Notes: generated by a model not told the origin, from the sequence alone. A stretch of DNA of 64,000 nucleotides from Octopus vulgaris (GCA_951406725.2 OX597816.1:13268001-13332000); one strand, 5' to 3'. Counted from the stretch's first letter, positions 1 through 13,136 are shown. Numbers and translations are program-made.

Positions 1-883
1 GTATATATGTATATATATATAATTCAGATAAACTTATGTTTGACCACGAATTGACCCACGCCATATCTACCTTAGTAGCACCACATGATACTATCTGTTA
101 AGTCGTTTATTAGTTGGGTTTTCTGGTATCATGGCTCATTTAAGTGGACAGATATTGTATATGAATATGTATGTATATTTATATATACATGCATGTGTGT
201 GAATGTTTACGTATATCAACTGTACCATCTCACCCTCTCTTACTTCCTATAATTAACAGCGCCCTTTAACGGAGACTGTTTCAAACAAAACGATTTATCA
301 TGTTTATCTGTCGTTGAAAATCTGTTTCATCAAAAACCACGTGAACTCGGAAGCATGCTCAGTGCAAGACACATTGAGAAACACACACACCCAACAACCA
401 CTCAAGGCATGGATACAATCAATGATTTACAAGTTTATTTTGTATTTTTGTTTTAGTTTTTCCTTTCCATCTTTGTTCTGAAGTATAATTTTCTTTCCTG
501 CCATGAAAGACGTAGAAGTTTTGATAGATATAAGAAGCAAATACAAGGAGAGGAGGGTTTAGTTTGCCTTTGAGTAAAACCGTTCATTCTTGATCTTGTG
601 AACTGTTAACTGCGGTCGTTAGAGTTTTACTGAAACAGAACAGTAATATTTCTTCTTCCGGAAGCCCTACATCAAAAGATACATTTGTATTTCTCCCATC
701 AAACAGTTTGATATTTTTAAAAAATCGTTATTTCAGTAAAAAAGATTGATCTATATTAATCTATATTATATAGTTACATATCATATATGCTCTCTTTCAC
801 CTATTCCTTTCCCCGCTATAAATATGCATTTATTTTTCCTCTTTGCTACTCTTTCTCTTCCTCTGTACACACACAAATATGTA

Positions 884-888
<5 letters not shown>

Positions 889-953
<65 letters not shown>

Positions 954-979
954 TATATGTGTGTGTATATATATATATA

Positions 980-1021
<42 letters not shown>
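889..1021. repeat. (TA)n/(TG)n compound microsatellite (representative of dozens in the window)
   Basis: Dinucleotide run seen directly; source of the YIYI ORFs. Confidence 0.97.
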
Positions 1022-1025
<4 letters not shown>

Positions 1026-1176
1026 GTTAATCCAGACATGAAAACACAAAGAGAAAACACAGCAACGCGAAGATGTAGAACAAGTATAGTGTTATTGGAC
1101 ACTCAGGAAAGCAAAGAAAGAAGGAGGATATATATTTATATATATAGGAAAAAAGCAACAAGAATGGATTAAAATA

Positions 1177-1272
1177 TCGGTACAATTGTTTCGTACGAGG
1201 ACATCTTTAATAAGCTACAAAAAAAAATGCAGTAAATATAGATGGCTCGTACTCGTCAATTACTTAAACCGA
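1177..1272 (-). ncRNA. Degenerate type-I hammerhead ribozyme motif in a fragment of the 40039/52596 fold-back family
   Basis: Minus strand reads TTGACGA-GTACGAG...CTCGTAC-GAAAC-AATT-GTA. Stem II is a perfect 7 bp; core has C3U; stem I (TCGG/CCGA) is displaced. Adjacent GCAACAAGAATGGAT is shared with the 40039 and 52596 elements. Confidence 0.55.
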
Positions 1273-1291
1273 ATATATTTATATATATATA

Positions 1292-1344
<53 letters not shown>

Positions 1345-1432
1345 GTGTGTATGTGCGTGTGTGTGTGTATATACATGTATATATAAATATATATGTATAT
1401 ATGTATGTATATATACATATATGTACATATAT

Positions 1433-1512
<80 letters not shown>

Positions 1513-1515
1513 CTG

Positions 1516-2066
1516 ATCACTTACCGCAGTCACATCCGTCTCCTCGAGCGCTTCCACCAGCGATGTCTCCGCACCATCCTCAACATACACGGGTGTGACT
1601 TCGTCACAAACATTGAGGTCTTGGAGTGGGCCGGGATCCCCAGCATTGAAGCCATGCTACTGAAGTACCACATCCAATGGGCAGGGCATGTCTCCAGAAT
1701 GGAAAATCACCGCCTTCCTAAGATTGCCCTGTTTGACGAACTCTTCACCGGCCACCGTCTGAGAGGAGCTCCGAGGCAGTGTTACAAAGACTACCTCAAG
1801 AAGTCTCTGACAGCATGTCCTATTGACCACCAATGTTGGTCAGACCTGGCTGCGGACCGTGATGTCTGGCACCACACGATCTTCAACGCAGTCAGCAAGT
1901 TTGAGGAACAAAGAAGAGACGCGCTTAAACACAAGAGACGCAAGAGGAAGGCGTGAGCCGCCTCTGACACTACACCGGATGTTACCTTCGTCTGTGGACA
2001 CTGCTCACGGACCTGCCTTTTCCGTATCAGACTTGTCAGACATGAGCGTGCATACACACGACGTGT
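1516..2066 (+). mobile_element. RTE-clade LINE, 5'-truncated 3' part of the RT ORF (pseudogenised)
   Basis: LERFHQRCLRTILNI...QWAGHVSRMENHRLPKIALFDEL..G.R.RGAP..CYKDYLK is a typical RTE post-RT region. After the TGA at 1954-1956 the frame continues FVCGHCSRTCLFRIRLVRHERA (C-terminal zinc finger). Confidence 0.88.
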
Positions 2067-2250
2067 AAGCCTATTACTTATTCTATCGGCCTCTTTTGCC
2101 ATACCGCTAGCTTTCGGGGACGTAACACACCAACATCAGTTGTCAAGTGTTGGAAGAGGGGTGTGCAAACAAGGATCCATCGATAGACAGACAATCCTGG
2201 TGTGTTTGTCTCCCCATTAATCTATCTATCGTCGATAGATAGATAATATA

Positions 2251-2396
<146 letters not shown>

Positions 2397-2458
2397 GTAC
2401 CAATAAATTTTTAGAAAATCTTTAAATATTTTGATGGTGTCGAGTATCTTTGGAAGCC

Positions 2459-2515
<57 letters not shown>

Positions 2516-2578
2516 GTAAAGACACATACAGATGTATATATATTTACATTTTTGTGTGTGTTGCACAACTTATATAGT

Positions 2579-2628
<50 letters not shown>

Positions 2629-3040
2629 TTAACGAAATCACAACAAACGGAAATATTACAAAAACATAATAAACAGAAATTTCGTAGCTTATTTCTCATC
2701 AGCGAACGTCCCCTTTAACGGTGTTATTGTTTTCTCTTGATGCAGCCAGTGGCAAAAAGCCACTGAGACTAACTAACACTGGACAACGCCGACAACAAAC
2801 ACAATGAAATAAAGCATACATGTACAACAAAAATAGCCTTGCGGCCGCAGGTTCGGTTCGTAATGGGTAACGCAAGGGAAAATGAAAATGTCCGGTAGGA
2901 TTGGAGACTAGAGAAGAACAAATAGAAAGTCGGAATGAAGGAAGAAGCAACGTATTAGGGGGCGGGGAGAGAAAGAGAGTAGAGTGAAGGCAAGAGAGTG
3001 GCACAGAAAGAGAAAGAGACAAAAACAGATGTCACACAAT

Positions 3041-3271
3041 AGGCACAGGAGTGGCTGTGTGGTAAGAAGCTTGCTTCCTAAGCACATTGTTCCGAGTTCA
3101 GTTCCACTCTGTGGAAGCTTGAGCAAGTGTCTTCTACTATAGCCCCGGGCCGACTAAAACCTTGTGAGCCTATTCTGAATATATATATATATATTTATGT
3201 ATATGTTTGTGTGTCTGTGTTTGTCCCCTCGCCATCTCTTGACCGCTTGACCGCAGTCAAATGGCCGAAAT
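3041..3271 (+). mobile_element. SINE family A, internally deleted copy
   Basis: Head AGGCACAGGAGTGGCTGTGTGGTAAG, B-box-like GAGTTCAGTTCC, tail CCGCAGTCAAATG. Confidence 0.8.
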
Positions 3272-3341
3272 ATGTATAAGGGTAATATTTTACAAGTGCG
3301 TTGCTTTTGATAAATTTATTTCAAAACTTTAACAAAATCAC

Positions 3342-3403
<62 letters not shown>

Positions 3404-3961
3404 CATGCACACAGGTGTATATACATACATACATACATACATACATACATACATACATACATACATACATACATACATACATACATACATACATACATAC
3501 ATACATACATACGTACGTACGTACATAAATAGATGTATGTATATAAAGACGTGCCATCTGCGTAGAAAAGATAAATTATTCCTTCTCAAAGTAAAACTCT
3601 TAACATCGATTATTAAATATTAAAAACCAATATCCAGCCTATGATAATAATGACACTTTGATGCATCGAATGACGCGTATAATTTTTAATGGCTACAAAT
3701 TTGATGTTGCACACATATCCATTGGTATTCCAGTTAAATCCATATGGCACGCAGTTAGTTCAGAAATAATATCAACATTAAATCATAGAAACAGAATATC
3801 GTCTGCCTGCAGCTAAATGGCGGAACACAATGACGAGTTGGCATGTGTGTATTATATAGCGTTTACGTGTGTGTGTGTTTGTGTGTGTCTATGACTGACA
3901 AATGAATTAAATTTCTGAAACCATATATTCCATGAATCTATAAAAAGAGTAATGAATATTT

Positions 3962-4352
3962 AGGTGCAGGCGTGGCTGTGTAGTAACAAGCTGGCTTCCG
4001 AAGCACATGGTTCAGGGTTCAGTCTCAATCTGTGGTACTTTGGGCAAATGTCTTCTACTATGGCCTCGGGTCGACCAAAGCCTTGTGATTGGATTTGGTA
4101 GACGGAAACTGAAAGAAGCCCGTCGTATATGCATGTATGTATTTATGGGTCCCTGTTTGCACCCCCGTCCTCCAATACTTGACAACAGATGTTGGTGTGT
4201 TACGTCCCCAAAACTTAGCGGTATGGCAAAAGACGCCGATAGAATAAGTGCTAGGCTTACAAAGAATAAGTCCTGGGGTCGATTTATTCGACTAAAAGCG
4301 GTGCTCCAGCATGGCCGCAGTTAAAATGACTGAAACAAGTAAAAGAGTAAAA
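3962..4352 (+). mobile_element. SINE family A (tRNA-like head, CORE-like TTGGGCAA block, CR1-like tail), near full length
   Basis: A-box TGGCTGTGTAG, B-box GGTTCAGTCTC, tail GCGGTGCTCCAGCATGGCCGCAG..TGACTGAAACAAGTAAAAG; >15 homologous copies in the window. Confidence 0.9.
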
Positions 4353-4354
4353 GT

Positions 4355-4452
4355 CTTTAACTGAACCACTAGGTTAATGGGGACACAAACACACACATAC
4401 AACAATACACACACACACGCACAAACATATATATACATATACATATACATAC

Positions 4453-4483
<31 letters not shown>

Positions 4484-4647
4484 CGACGGGATTCTTTCAG
4501 TTTCCGTCTACCAAATCCACTCACAAGGCTTTGGTCGGCCTGAGATTAGAGTAGAAGACACTTGCCCAAGGTGCTACGCAATGGGACTAAACCCGGAACC
4601 ATGTGGTTTGTAAGCAAGCTACTTACCACACATCCACTCCAGCGCCT
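4355..4647 (-). mobile_element. SINE family A, 3'-truncated, inverted relative to its neighbour
   Basis: Reverse complement of family A head and body. Confidence 0.88.
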
Positions 4648-4649
4648 CT

Positions 4650-4712
<63 letters not shown>

Positions 4713-4924
4713 AACGACATGTCTACCACGGCCTTAGAATAACACAGATATACACGCAAAAATTAAAAGTTAAAAACTCAAGGGATTCCCAAGAATTCAC
4801 TAAAAAATCAGTCCCAACCAATGCTGTAATCCATAATGAGCCAATTTTAAGTCATTTGAACATTTAACACCTTACTACTTTCACACTACCAACATTCCTT
4901 CTAATTCTCCCTTCTCTATATTCT

Positions 4925-5018
4925 TTTTCTTCCTCTTCTTCACCTTCTTCTTCTTCTTCTTCTTCTTCTTCTTCTTCTTCTTCTTCTTCTTCTTCTTCTT
5001 CTTCGTCTTCTTCTTCTT
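4925..5018. repeat. (CTT)n microsatellite
   Basis: Trinucleotide run seen directly. Confidence 0.95.
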
Positions 5019-5269
5019 CCCTACCAAGAATTCACAATGACCTGGAACCTAGAAGAGTAAACAAGAGAGAGACAGAGAAAGGCAGATACAAGGAAAATTC
5101 CACTTGTATATGAACACTATACAAATATTCTTTAAAAAAACTTTTCTTTTAATTTTTCTAAATGTAATTGTCTTCCATGCTTACAGTTGAAAGAGTCTCA
5201 ATGGTTGAAACCGGTACTGCAATTTTTTTTATTAAATTATTTTAGCATTCTCTATCTTGACTTTTTTCC

Positions 5270-5305
<36 letters not shown>

Positions 5306-5308
<3 letters not shown>

Positions 5309-5521
5309 ATCTCCTCCTGTCAGGTGTCCCAGATGAACCAACTTCACGGCAGGAGGTGCAGATGAGGGCAGCTGCATCGAACTCTCTCATGCACCAAATG
5401 GCAGTCGCTAAAAAGCTTTCGTGAAGTAAAACCGTGTAGCAACACCAAATGGCGGTGCCCCAGCATGGCCACAGCTCAATGAGCTGAAACTAAAATCAAT
5501 CAATCAAAAAATCAATCAATC
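5306..5521 (+). mobile_element. CR1/L2-like LINE extreme 3' end (ORF2 C-terminus, 3'UTR, (TCAA)n tail)
   Basis: Translates DLLLSGVPDEPTSRQEVQMRAAASNSLMHQMAVAKKLS*, resembling the LD.FL..VPD.P...RAA.SNSL C-terminus of invertebrate CR1-like LINEs; followed by GGCGGTGCCCCAGCATGGCCACAGC and a short-repeat tail. Confidence 0.72.
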
Positions 5522-5561
5522 ATATATATATATACATGTATATATATATACATGCATATAT

Positions 5562-5790
5562 TCCTTTTCCCTTTTTACTAGTTCCAGTCATTTGACTGCA
5601 GCCATGCTGGAGCACTGTCTTTATCCGAACGACTCGATGCCAGGACTTATTTTTTGTAAGCCTAGTACTTATTCTTTCGGTCCCTTTTGCGGAAACGCTA
5701 ATTTATGGGTACATGATATGAACACACCAGCGTCGGTTGTCAAGTGATGGTGGGGGAACACACACAGACATATAAAGGCATACACACATG

Positions 5791-5869
<79 letters not shown>

Positions 5870-6030
5870 ATATACATATATGACGGGCTTCTTTCACTTT
5901 CCGTCTACTAAATCCCCTCACTAGGCTTTGGTCGGCCCGAGGCAATAGTAGAAGAGAAGGTGCAACGCAGTGGGACTGAACCCGTAACCATGTGGTAGGG
6001 AAGCAAGCTTCTTACCACGCAGCCACTCTT
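5562..6030 (-). mobile_element. SINE family A, full length with internal (TA)n
   Basis: Reverse complement of the family consensus from tail to head. Confidence 0.88.
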
Positions 6031-6087
6031 GTATATTTTTTTCTCTCTATTTTCAACTCAGAGCTGCGGCCAAGCTGATGCACCGCC

Positions 6088-6120
<33 letters not shown>

Positions 6121-6121
<1 letters not shown>

Positions 6122-6505
6122 CAAATCAAAATAGTGGTTTATTAGCAGTTAGCAATAAAGTCAGAATTAGTAGAGGTGACGAAAGTGACTGAGAGTGCTG
6201 ACCAGCACCACTTATGATAAAGATAAGAGTTAGATTAACTCTAAACCCACTAAAGCAGTAAATTAATGACGGACAAAGGGAGGTAGGTCCTTAGAGTACG
6301 TAGCTGTATCGTAATTTTGAATTTTGGTGAATTTTGTCTTTAGGTTCTAGTTACTAATAAGCCACACTTTTAATTTGTTGTTTACACTTTCACCGCTTGG
6401 AAAATTACCTCCCATTGTCGGTCATTAATTTACTGATGTAATGGCTTTAGAATTAATTTAACTATTATCCTTAACATAAGCGGTGCTGGCCTCTACTGAT
6501 TCTGC

Positions 6506-6511
<6 letters not shown>
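6121..6511. repeat. Fold-back (inverted repeat) element between (TA)n tracts
   Basis: 6155-6285 is the reverse complement of 6406-6511 apart from a 25-nt extra segment; 6121-6148 also mirrors ~6351-6380. Confidence 0.75.
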
Positions 6512-6544
<33 letters not shown>

Positions 6545-6545
6545 C

Positions 6546-6576
<31 letters not shown>

Positions 6577-7249
6577 CGTACGTACGTACGTACGTATGTA
6601 TGTATGTATGTATGTATGTATGTATGTATGTATGTATGTATGTATGTATGTATGTATGTATGTTTATGTAAACGTCTCAGCTTATTCACAGGCTTATGAT
6701 ACCGGGTGTTAACAGCCAGTGATACGACTTTCTAGTTCCATCTTAATCTTCAGCATTCCTCAAGTTTCTCAATTTAAGACGGTGGATTTACATCGAAGTC
6801 AGGTTATTAGCGTTTCGGATTATGCCGGTCTTGAATTAGACAGTTTTAGACAAGATTCAATTTGGTGCTCCAGAGACATAAGCTTAATGAAGTAACGTTG
6901 AAAGTAACATCAACGTCGTAAATTCTCATGACGAACCTTTAGATTAAGAGTCTAGTATTTAAAGAGATTACTTCAGATTAAGAGACTCCCTACCGAGAGC
7001 TAAACGGGGAATTATCTAGCATTAGTAAGTACTCCATTTATCAACCAAGTAATTTTCTGAACTTTTTTCCAGTATAAGTGGACGTTCGACTTATCAAGGC
7101 CTGAAGTCAAAAGCAACATGGACTCAACTCTCTACAACGGGAAATCATGATTTTTCGTGGTCAAAATCAATATATACCTATGACTATTGATTCTAGCAAG
7201 AGAAAGAGAATTAGAGTTCGATATAATTCGTTCTTGTAACTGGTTTGTC

Positions 7250-7587
7250 GGGAAGATGCATGGCTAAATGGTTACAGCCTCAAGATTAGGATCGTTAGGT
7301 TGTGAGTTCGATTCCCGGATCGGGCTGAGTGTTGTGTTCTTGAGCAAGACACTTTATTTCACGTTGCTCCAGTCCACTCAGCTGTAGAAATCAGTTGCGA
7401 CGTCACAGGTGCCAAGCTGTATCGGTCTCCGTCTTTCCCTTAGATAACATCGGTGGCGTGGGGAGAGGAGGCTGGTATGCATGGGCGACTGCTGGCCTTC
7501 CACAAACAACCTTGCCCGGACTTGTGCCTCGGAGGGTAACTTTCTAGGTGCAATCCCATGGTCAGTCATGACCGGAGGGGGTCTCCT
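7250..7587 (+). mobile_element. SINE family C (subtype C2)
   Basis: A-box TGGCTAAATGG, B-box GAGTTCGATTCCC, shared block TTGAGCAAGACACTTTATTTCACGTTGCTCCAGTCCACTCAGCTG, unique 3' body. Confidence 0.8.
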
Positions 7588-8115
7588 CCATTTGGTTTTC
7601 AGGATTCTTGCTGTAAACTCCTCTCTTGAAACATGCGTTACCTCTTAGGAGGACCATTACGCCAATAATAAACCCTTGCGCTGGCTCTCTTTCACTTCTT
7701 TAATTTTACTTCTCATTTATTTGATATTTAACCAATTAATTAACCGAGTGTTTAATTAATCGTTCAGCCAATCAGTCATTGAGCTAGGATTGTTAAAGTC
7801 TGTTTGTCGCCATTCGCGACCTCATAAGGCTGTTGCAAGTCCGAAGTTTTCATGTTTAATCTAAATACTTTGTTATGGAATTCCATAATTTCTCGAAGAG
7901 GATATGCATGTCCTAGATTCTTCGAAACAGCCACATTTTTATAAAATGTGCGTCTCTTTTCATAACCAATTTAATAGTAAAAACCTATCTAATGTTAATA
8001 AAAGTGACCAATCTCGAATTTGTAAATGTTTTCATCCCAGAAACTAACTCTTTGATGGCAATTCTTGACCAGGGCAAGAGCAGAGAATGCAACCCAATGT
8101 AAAAAAGAGAAATAT

Positions 8116-8331
8116 TTTTTTCTACTCGAGGCACAAGGCCCGAAATTTTGGGAGAGGGGGGCCAGTCGATTACATCGAACCTAGTACGCAACTGGTACTT
8201 AATTTATCGACCCCGAAAGGATGAAAGACAAAGTCGACCTCGGCGAAATTTGAACTCAGAACGTAACGGCAGACGAAATGCCACTAAGCATTTCGCCCGG
8301 CGTGCTAACTTTCCTGCCAGCTCGTCGCCTT
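8116..8331 (-). mobile_element. SINE family B, tail type 2 (extra tail fragment at ~8340-8410)
   Basis: Reverse complement of AGGCGRCGAGCTGGCAG...GAGTTCAAATT...TTTCATCCTTTCGGGGTCGATAAATTAAGTACCAG. Confidence 0.88.
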
Positions 8332-8439
8332 AAAATAATCTTTTCTACTCTAGGCAGAAGGCCCGAAATTTGGCGGGAGGGGGGCAGTCAATTAGATCGA
8401 CCCCAGTACGCACATCACGAAATAATACTTAAAGGGTAA

Positions 8440-9601
8440 ATACTATTGCACCACGTTTTGCCAAAAATTTGGTAATACGCAGGCTCAAACATCCAGAATA
8501 TTCAATAGGCTCTGGCGATGATGCCATGAAAAGATTCTGAGCAAGGAGTGGTACAACTGTTTCAAACATGGCCACACCTCAATGGAGAGTAAGGCACGCT
8601 CAGGCAGGCCATCAGCAAGCCAAAAGAAGCAGCCGATTGAGAAGGAAAATCATCGCATAACAATCCAAGAAATCGCTCACTAAGTGAGAATAAACACAGA
8701 ATCAGGGCATTTCATTTCAGCTGAGGCTTTATGCATTCAGGGTATGAAATTCGTCCCCAAGTTAGGGAAGCATCTTCGCATGGAAATCATTCAGAACCAG
8801 CTGAACTGTGCAAACCATGACCCAGACTTCATGAAGACGACCATCACTGGTGATGACACATGGGTTTATGGTCTCTGCTTGATGCGTTCGGTCATCTTGT
8901 GTGAAAACGAAATTCCGACGAGCGCCCACTACACGTCAGTACTCTAGGCGTAACAAAGAGGATGCGCCGCGGACTACCGACACGAAAATATTTTGGCATT
9001 TGCAAAAAGAGTGGCGTCCCCATCCATTCCAAGGAGTTTGCTCACGTGGCTTTAGTTTTGTCGGGAAAAGATTAAGGCGGCGAGCTGGCAGACACCTTAG
9101 TACGCCGGGCGAAATGCTGAGTGGTATTTCGTCTGCCGTTTAATCGACTTAATTCGTTTGTCCTCTCTGTGCTTAGCCCCTTGTGGGTAGTAAAGATATA
9201 GGTATTTCGTCTACCGCTACGTTCTGAGTTCAAATTCCGCCGAGGTCGACTTTGCCCTTCATCCTTTCGGGTTCTATTAAATAAGTACCAGTTACGCACT
9301 GGGGCCGATATAATCGATTAATCCGTGTGTCTGTCCTTGTTTGTTCTCTCTGTGTTTAGCCCCTTGTGGGTAGTAAAGAAATAGGTATTTCGTCTGCCGC
9401 TACGTTCTAAGATCAAATTCCGCCGAGGTCGACTTTGCCTTTCATCCTTTCGGGGTCGATTAAATAAGTACCAGTTACGCACTGGGGTTGATATAATCGA
9501 ATTAATCCGTCTGTCTGTCCTTGTTTGTCCCCTCTGTGTTTAGCCCCTTGTGGGTAATAAAGAAATAGATAAAGCTGGATACTTTTTGAACGCACCTCGT
9601 A
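8440..9601 (+). mobile_element. Decayed mariner (Tc1/mariner) element interrupted by a SINE B array
   Basis: Remnant peptides EWYNCFKHGHTSMESKARSGRPS, NHRITIQEIA, KFVPKL, FMKTTITGDDTWVYG (first catalytic D motif); right-TIR-like CTGGATACTTTTTGAACGCACCTCG followed by TA at ~9575-9601. Confidence 0.8.
9074..9567 (+). mobile_element. SINE family B head followed by tandem ~180-nt units
   Basis: Head AAGGCGGCGAGCTGGCAG, then repeated GGTATTTCGTCT...TAAAGAAATA units. Confidence 0.9.
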
Positions 9602-10568
9602 TGACTGGAATAAATTTTTTTTAATATTTTCGGATAGTCGATGGTAGATGCATGCACTATTTTAGCAGCGTATTTCCGCTTCCTTTTTAACAGAAGATTC
9701 ATGTTATTATGTAATTATTTTCGCTGAATGGTGAAACGAATTTTATATTTAAAGAATTTGAGATTTTCACATTTAAAGTTTAAGCTTCTACCTGGGTTTT
9801 CTTCAACGACTTTCCAAATTTTCTAATGAATCCAGTAATTCAGTTAGGGAACCCATTTCCTGGTATTTGTTTCGCTATTCAAAATCCCTCAATTCGAGAG
9901 TCACATGACATCCTTAAAATAACAATACCAAGAAATAATTCGTTGATGCAGTTCCTCGTGATTTCTAAATGCCTAACAATTCCAAAATAGCTTTTTCAAT
10001 TCATCGATTGTTTAAGACCAAAGCCTGATCGAAAGGCATAACGCTAGAAATCCCCCTTTATATTGCTATGTAACTTGCCGGATAGAACTTTCCTCATCGA
10101 AGTGATTACTTCCACGTGAGGAGTCGATTATTTTCTTTTCTTTACAACGACGAACAGCAAGAGTGTTATTTATTTCAATAAACACCACTGTAATCCTGAG
10201 ATAATACACGTTTACTCTGGCTGTGGTTACTGATAAAAAAAAACAACAACAGCAACAAATCTTTATTGGAATGCTGCACAGCTTGGACGACGACATTGTT
10301 CAATATCGAAGAAGATATTAAATGCATGAAGCAACAGGATATAGCAAAAGAAAAGCAAGTGTTAAGATTTGACATCGTCACATGCACTCGCACACACACA
10401 GGCACACACGAACACATTTATATACATTTAGACATACACGTGTATGATTTGGGGCGTGCGTGAATGTGCATGTGTATCAGTGTATAGACCTTTATATCTA
10501 CAGACGATTACGTCTGTGTGTGTGAGTGTATGTATGTATGTGTATATACATATATATTTATGTATACG

Positions 10569-10668
<100 letters not shown>

Positions 10669-10675
10669 GTATATA

Positions 10676-11107
10676 AGGCGCAGGAGTGGCTGTGTGATAA
10701 GATGCTTGCTTCCCAAGCGCATGGTTTCGGGTTCAGTCCCACTCTATGAAACCTTGGGCAAGTGTCATCTACTAAAGCCTCGAACCGACCAAAGCCTTGT
10801 GGGTGGATTCGGTAGATGGAAACTGAAAGAAGCCCGTCGTATATATATATATACGACGGGCTGCTTTCGGTTTCCGTCTAACGAATCCATATACGTCTAT
10901 GTATGTGCGTGTTTGCTATTTGTGTCTGTGTTTGTCACCATCGCTTGACAACCAATATTGGTGTGTTTACGGCCCCCGTCACTTAGCGGATCGGCAAAAT
11001 AGACCGATGAGATAAGTACTAGGCTTACGCTCGATTTGTTAGACTAAAAGGCGGTGCTTCAGCATGGCCGCAGTCAAATGACTGAAACAAGTAAAAGAAT
11101 AAAAGAA
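10676..11107 (+). mobile_element. SINE family A, full length
   Basis: Head-to-tail match to the other copies. Confidence 0.9.
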
Positions 11108-11183
11108 CATGTATACATATATGTATATATATACTACATACTCGGTATGTATTATATATAGACATATATATACATATATATAT

Positions 11184-11220
<37 letters not shown>

Positions 11221-11231
11221 CATATATATAT

Positions 11232-11285
<54 letters not shown>

Positions 11286-12193
11286 GTTATAGCATACACA
11301 CACATACACGCACACACATACACACACACCTACACAACTGTTATACACACGCGTGAAGTATGTGTTGTTTCCGTGTATTGTGTACTTTTATAGATATCAG
11401 TCTAAGTTCATTCACGCATACAGACGCACATAATCACATCTCCTGATAATATTGAGTCTGAAAAGTACAAAAAGCCAATAGAATCGATTTTTCAATATAG
11501 TGTTTATTGGGAAAACACCAAACTGTTAATGAAAATATTTCTACAGAAATAATCTTTTCGTTTTCTTCAAATGGCATTCTTTTCCTATTTTCTTCATCTT
11601 TGATTTTTCTTTTTTTCTTTTTTTTTTTTTTTCAAATGCATTCACACTGTGGTTATCTGTAAGAAGTCGAACAGAAAGTATTATCAGACACTCCGGGATT
11701 CATGTGTATTGAATGTGTCAATATAATATCCGAGCATGTTTCTCATGACTAATGCTACTGAAAACATTCAACGATCGACGATAATACGCGACCCATCCCG
11801 TAAAGAGAAACAAGTGTATCTTTAGAAAACATTGTAGTTTTATACGTTATTTGCAGCTGCCGTTTGATCCTCTGTGAAATCACTTGACATTATGTTCTAC
11901 GAAGATAGTATGTGTTTTCTTTCGGGGGGGGAAACAATGGATTTTGATTGGACAATACTGGAGATCTTAGCCAAGCTAAGCCATAGCTAATATGTGTTTC
12001 ACACTGGCTACCAATCGAAAGGCAAAACAAAAAAAAAAAAAGAAAAATGGCGGAAGCCTCTAAAATAGAAACTCAAAACAAATGATTACAATACATACTG
12101 CATATGTCTGTGTATATGTAACATTTCTTCCCGCCCACCCGCAAACACAAATACAGATATGTATGTGTGTGTATATGTATATATATATATATA

Positions 12194-12225
<32 letters not shown>

Positions 12226-12325
12226 CATGTATATATATGTATATATATATATATACATATGTATATACATGTATATATATATATGTATATATATGTTTAT
12301 ATATAATTATATATATGTATATATA

Positions 12326-12370
<45 letters not shown>

Positions 12371-12575
12371 TATATAAGTATATGCATATATACATATATA
12401 TATGTACATACCTACATATATATGTATAAATAAAACGTTGAATACAATGAGAAGCGAAAACGTAAAACAAGAACATAGAAACGAACTTTTTTCGAACAAC
12501 GAAAAAAACAGAGAAACGAAACATACAACATGAGAAATATTCCCCTTCATCAGTTGTCCCTGTTTCATCTACTCC

Positions 12576-12610
<35 letters not shown>

Positions 12611-12724
12611 CACACAGAGGCACATACACACATTTATAAACGTATATACACAAAAATACACGCACACATATCACGATATTACAGCATTGGAAAGAATATC
12701 GGATATTGTTATATATAGTTAGTC

Positions 12725-12975
12725 ACAATGCACTTCGCTTCATTTTAACTTTCGAATGATGTCATTTCGCTAGACAGGTGAGCAGGCCAAAATTTCTACC
12801 TGGTCACAAGGGTCTTGTCCATAGCAGGTTTAACCATTTACAACTGAGTGGACTGGAGAAAAGTAAAAATAAGTGTTTTGCTCAAGAACACAGGCTGCAG
12901 CCTGTCTCAGATTCAAAACTACGATCTCATGATTGTGAAAAGAACGTCCGTGAACACCAGGCCACCTGCCTTCAA
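12725..12975 (-). mobile_element. SINE family C (subtype C3), degenerate
   Basis: CTGAGTGGACTGGAG...GCTCAAGAACAC block; 3' body homologous to 43730-43998. Confidence 0.65.
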
Positions 12976-13136
12976 ACCCACACGCACGCGCGCCCACACA
13001 CACGCACACATTAATTAGCAATTACACACACACAATTAATTAGCAATTATTCAGAAAGCAGATTGCATTACGGATATATACGTAGAAATTATGGAAAGCT
13101 ACGTAGAAGCCTTACATGTATTTTTACACACAATTT

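Noticed and set aside
6690-7230. Possible ancient LINE relic on the minus strand
   Set aside because: Only vague peptide resemblance with many stops; cannot be supported without a search
8148-8333. Recurrent peptide RNWYLIYRPRKDERQSRPRRNLNSER as a gene family
   Set aside because: Antisense translation of SINE B; recurs only because the SINE recurs
9074-9567. Tandem repeats with hairpins as a CRISPR array
   Set aside because: Units are ~180 nt, have no unique spacers, and are SINE-derived in a eukaryotic context
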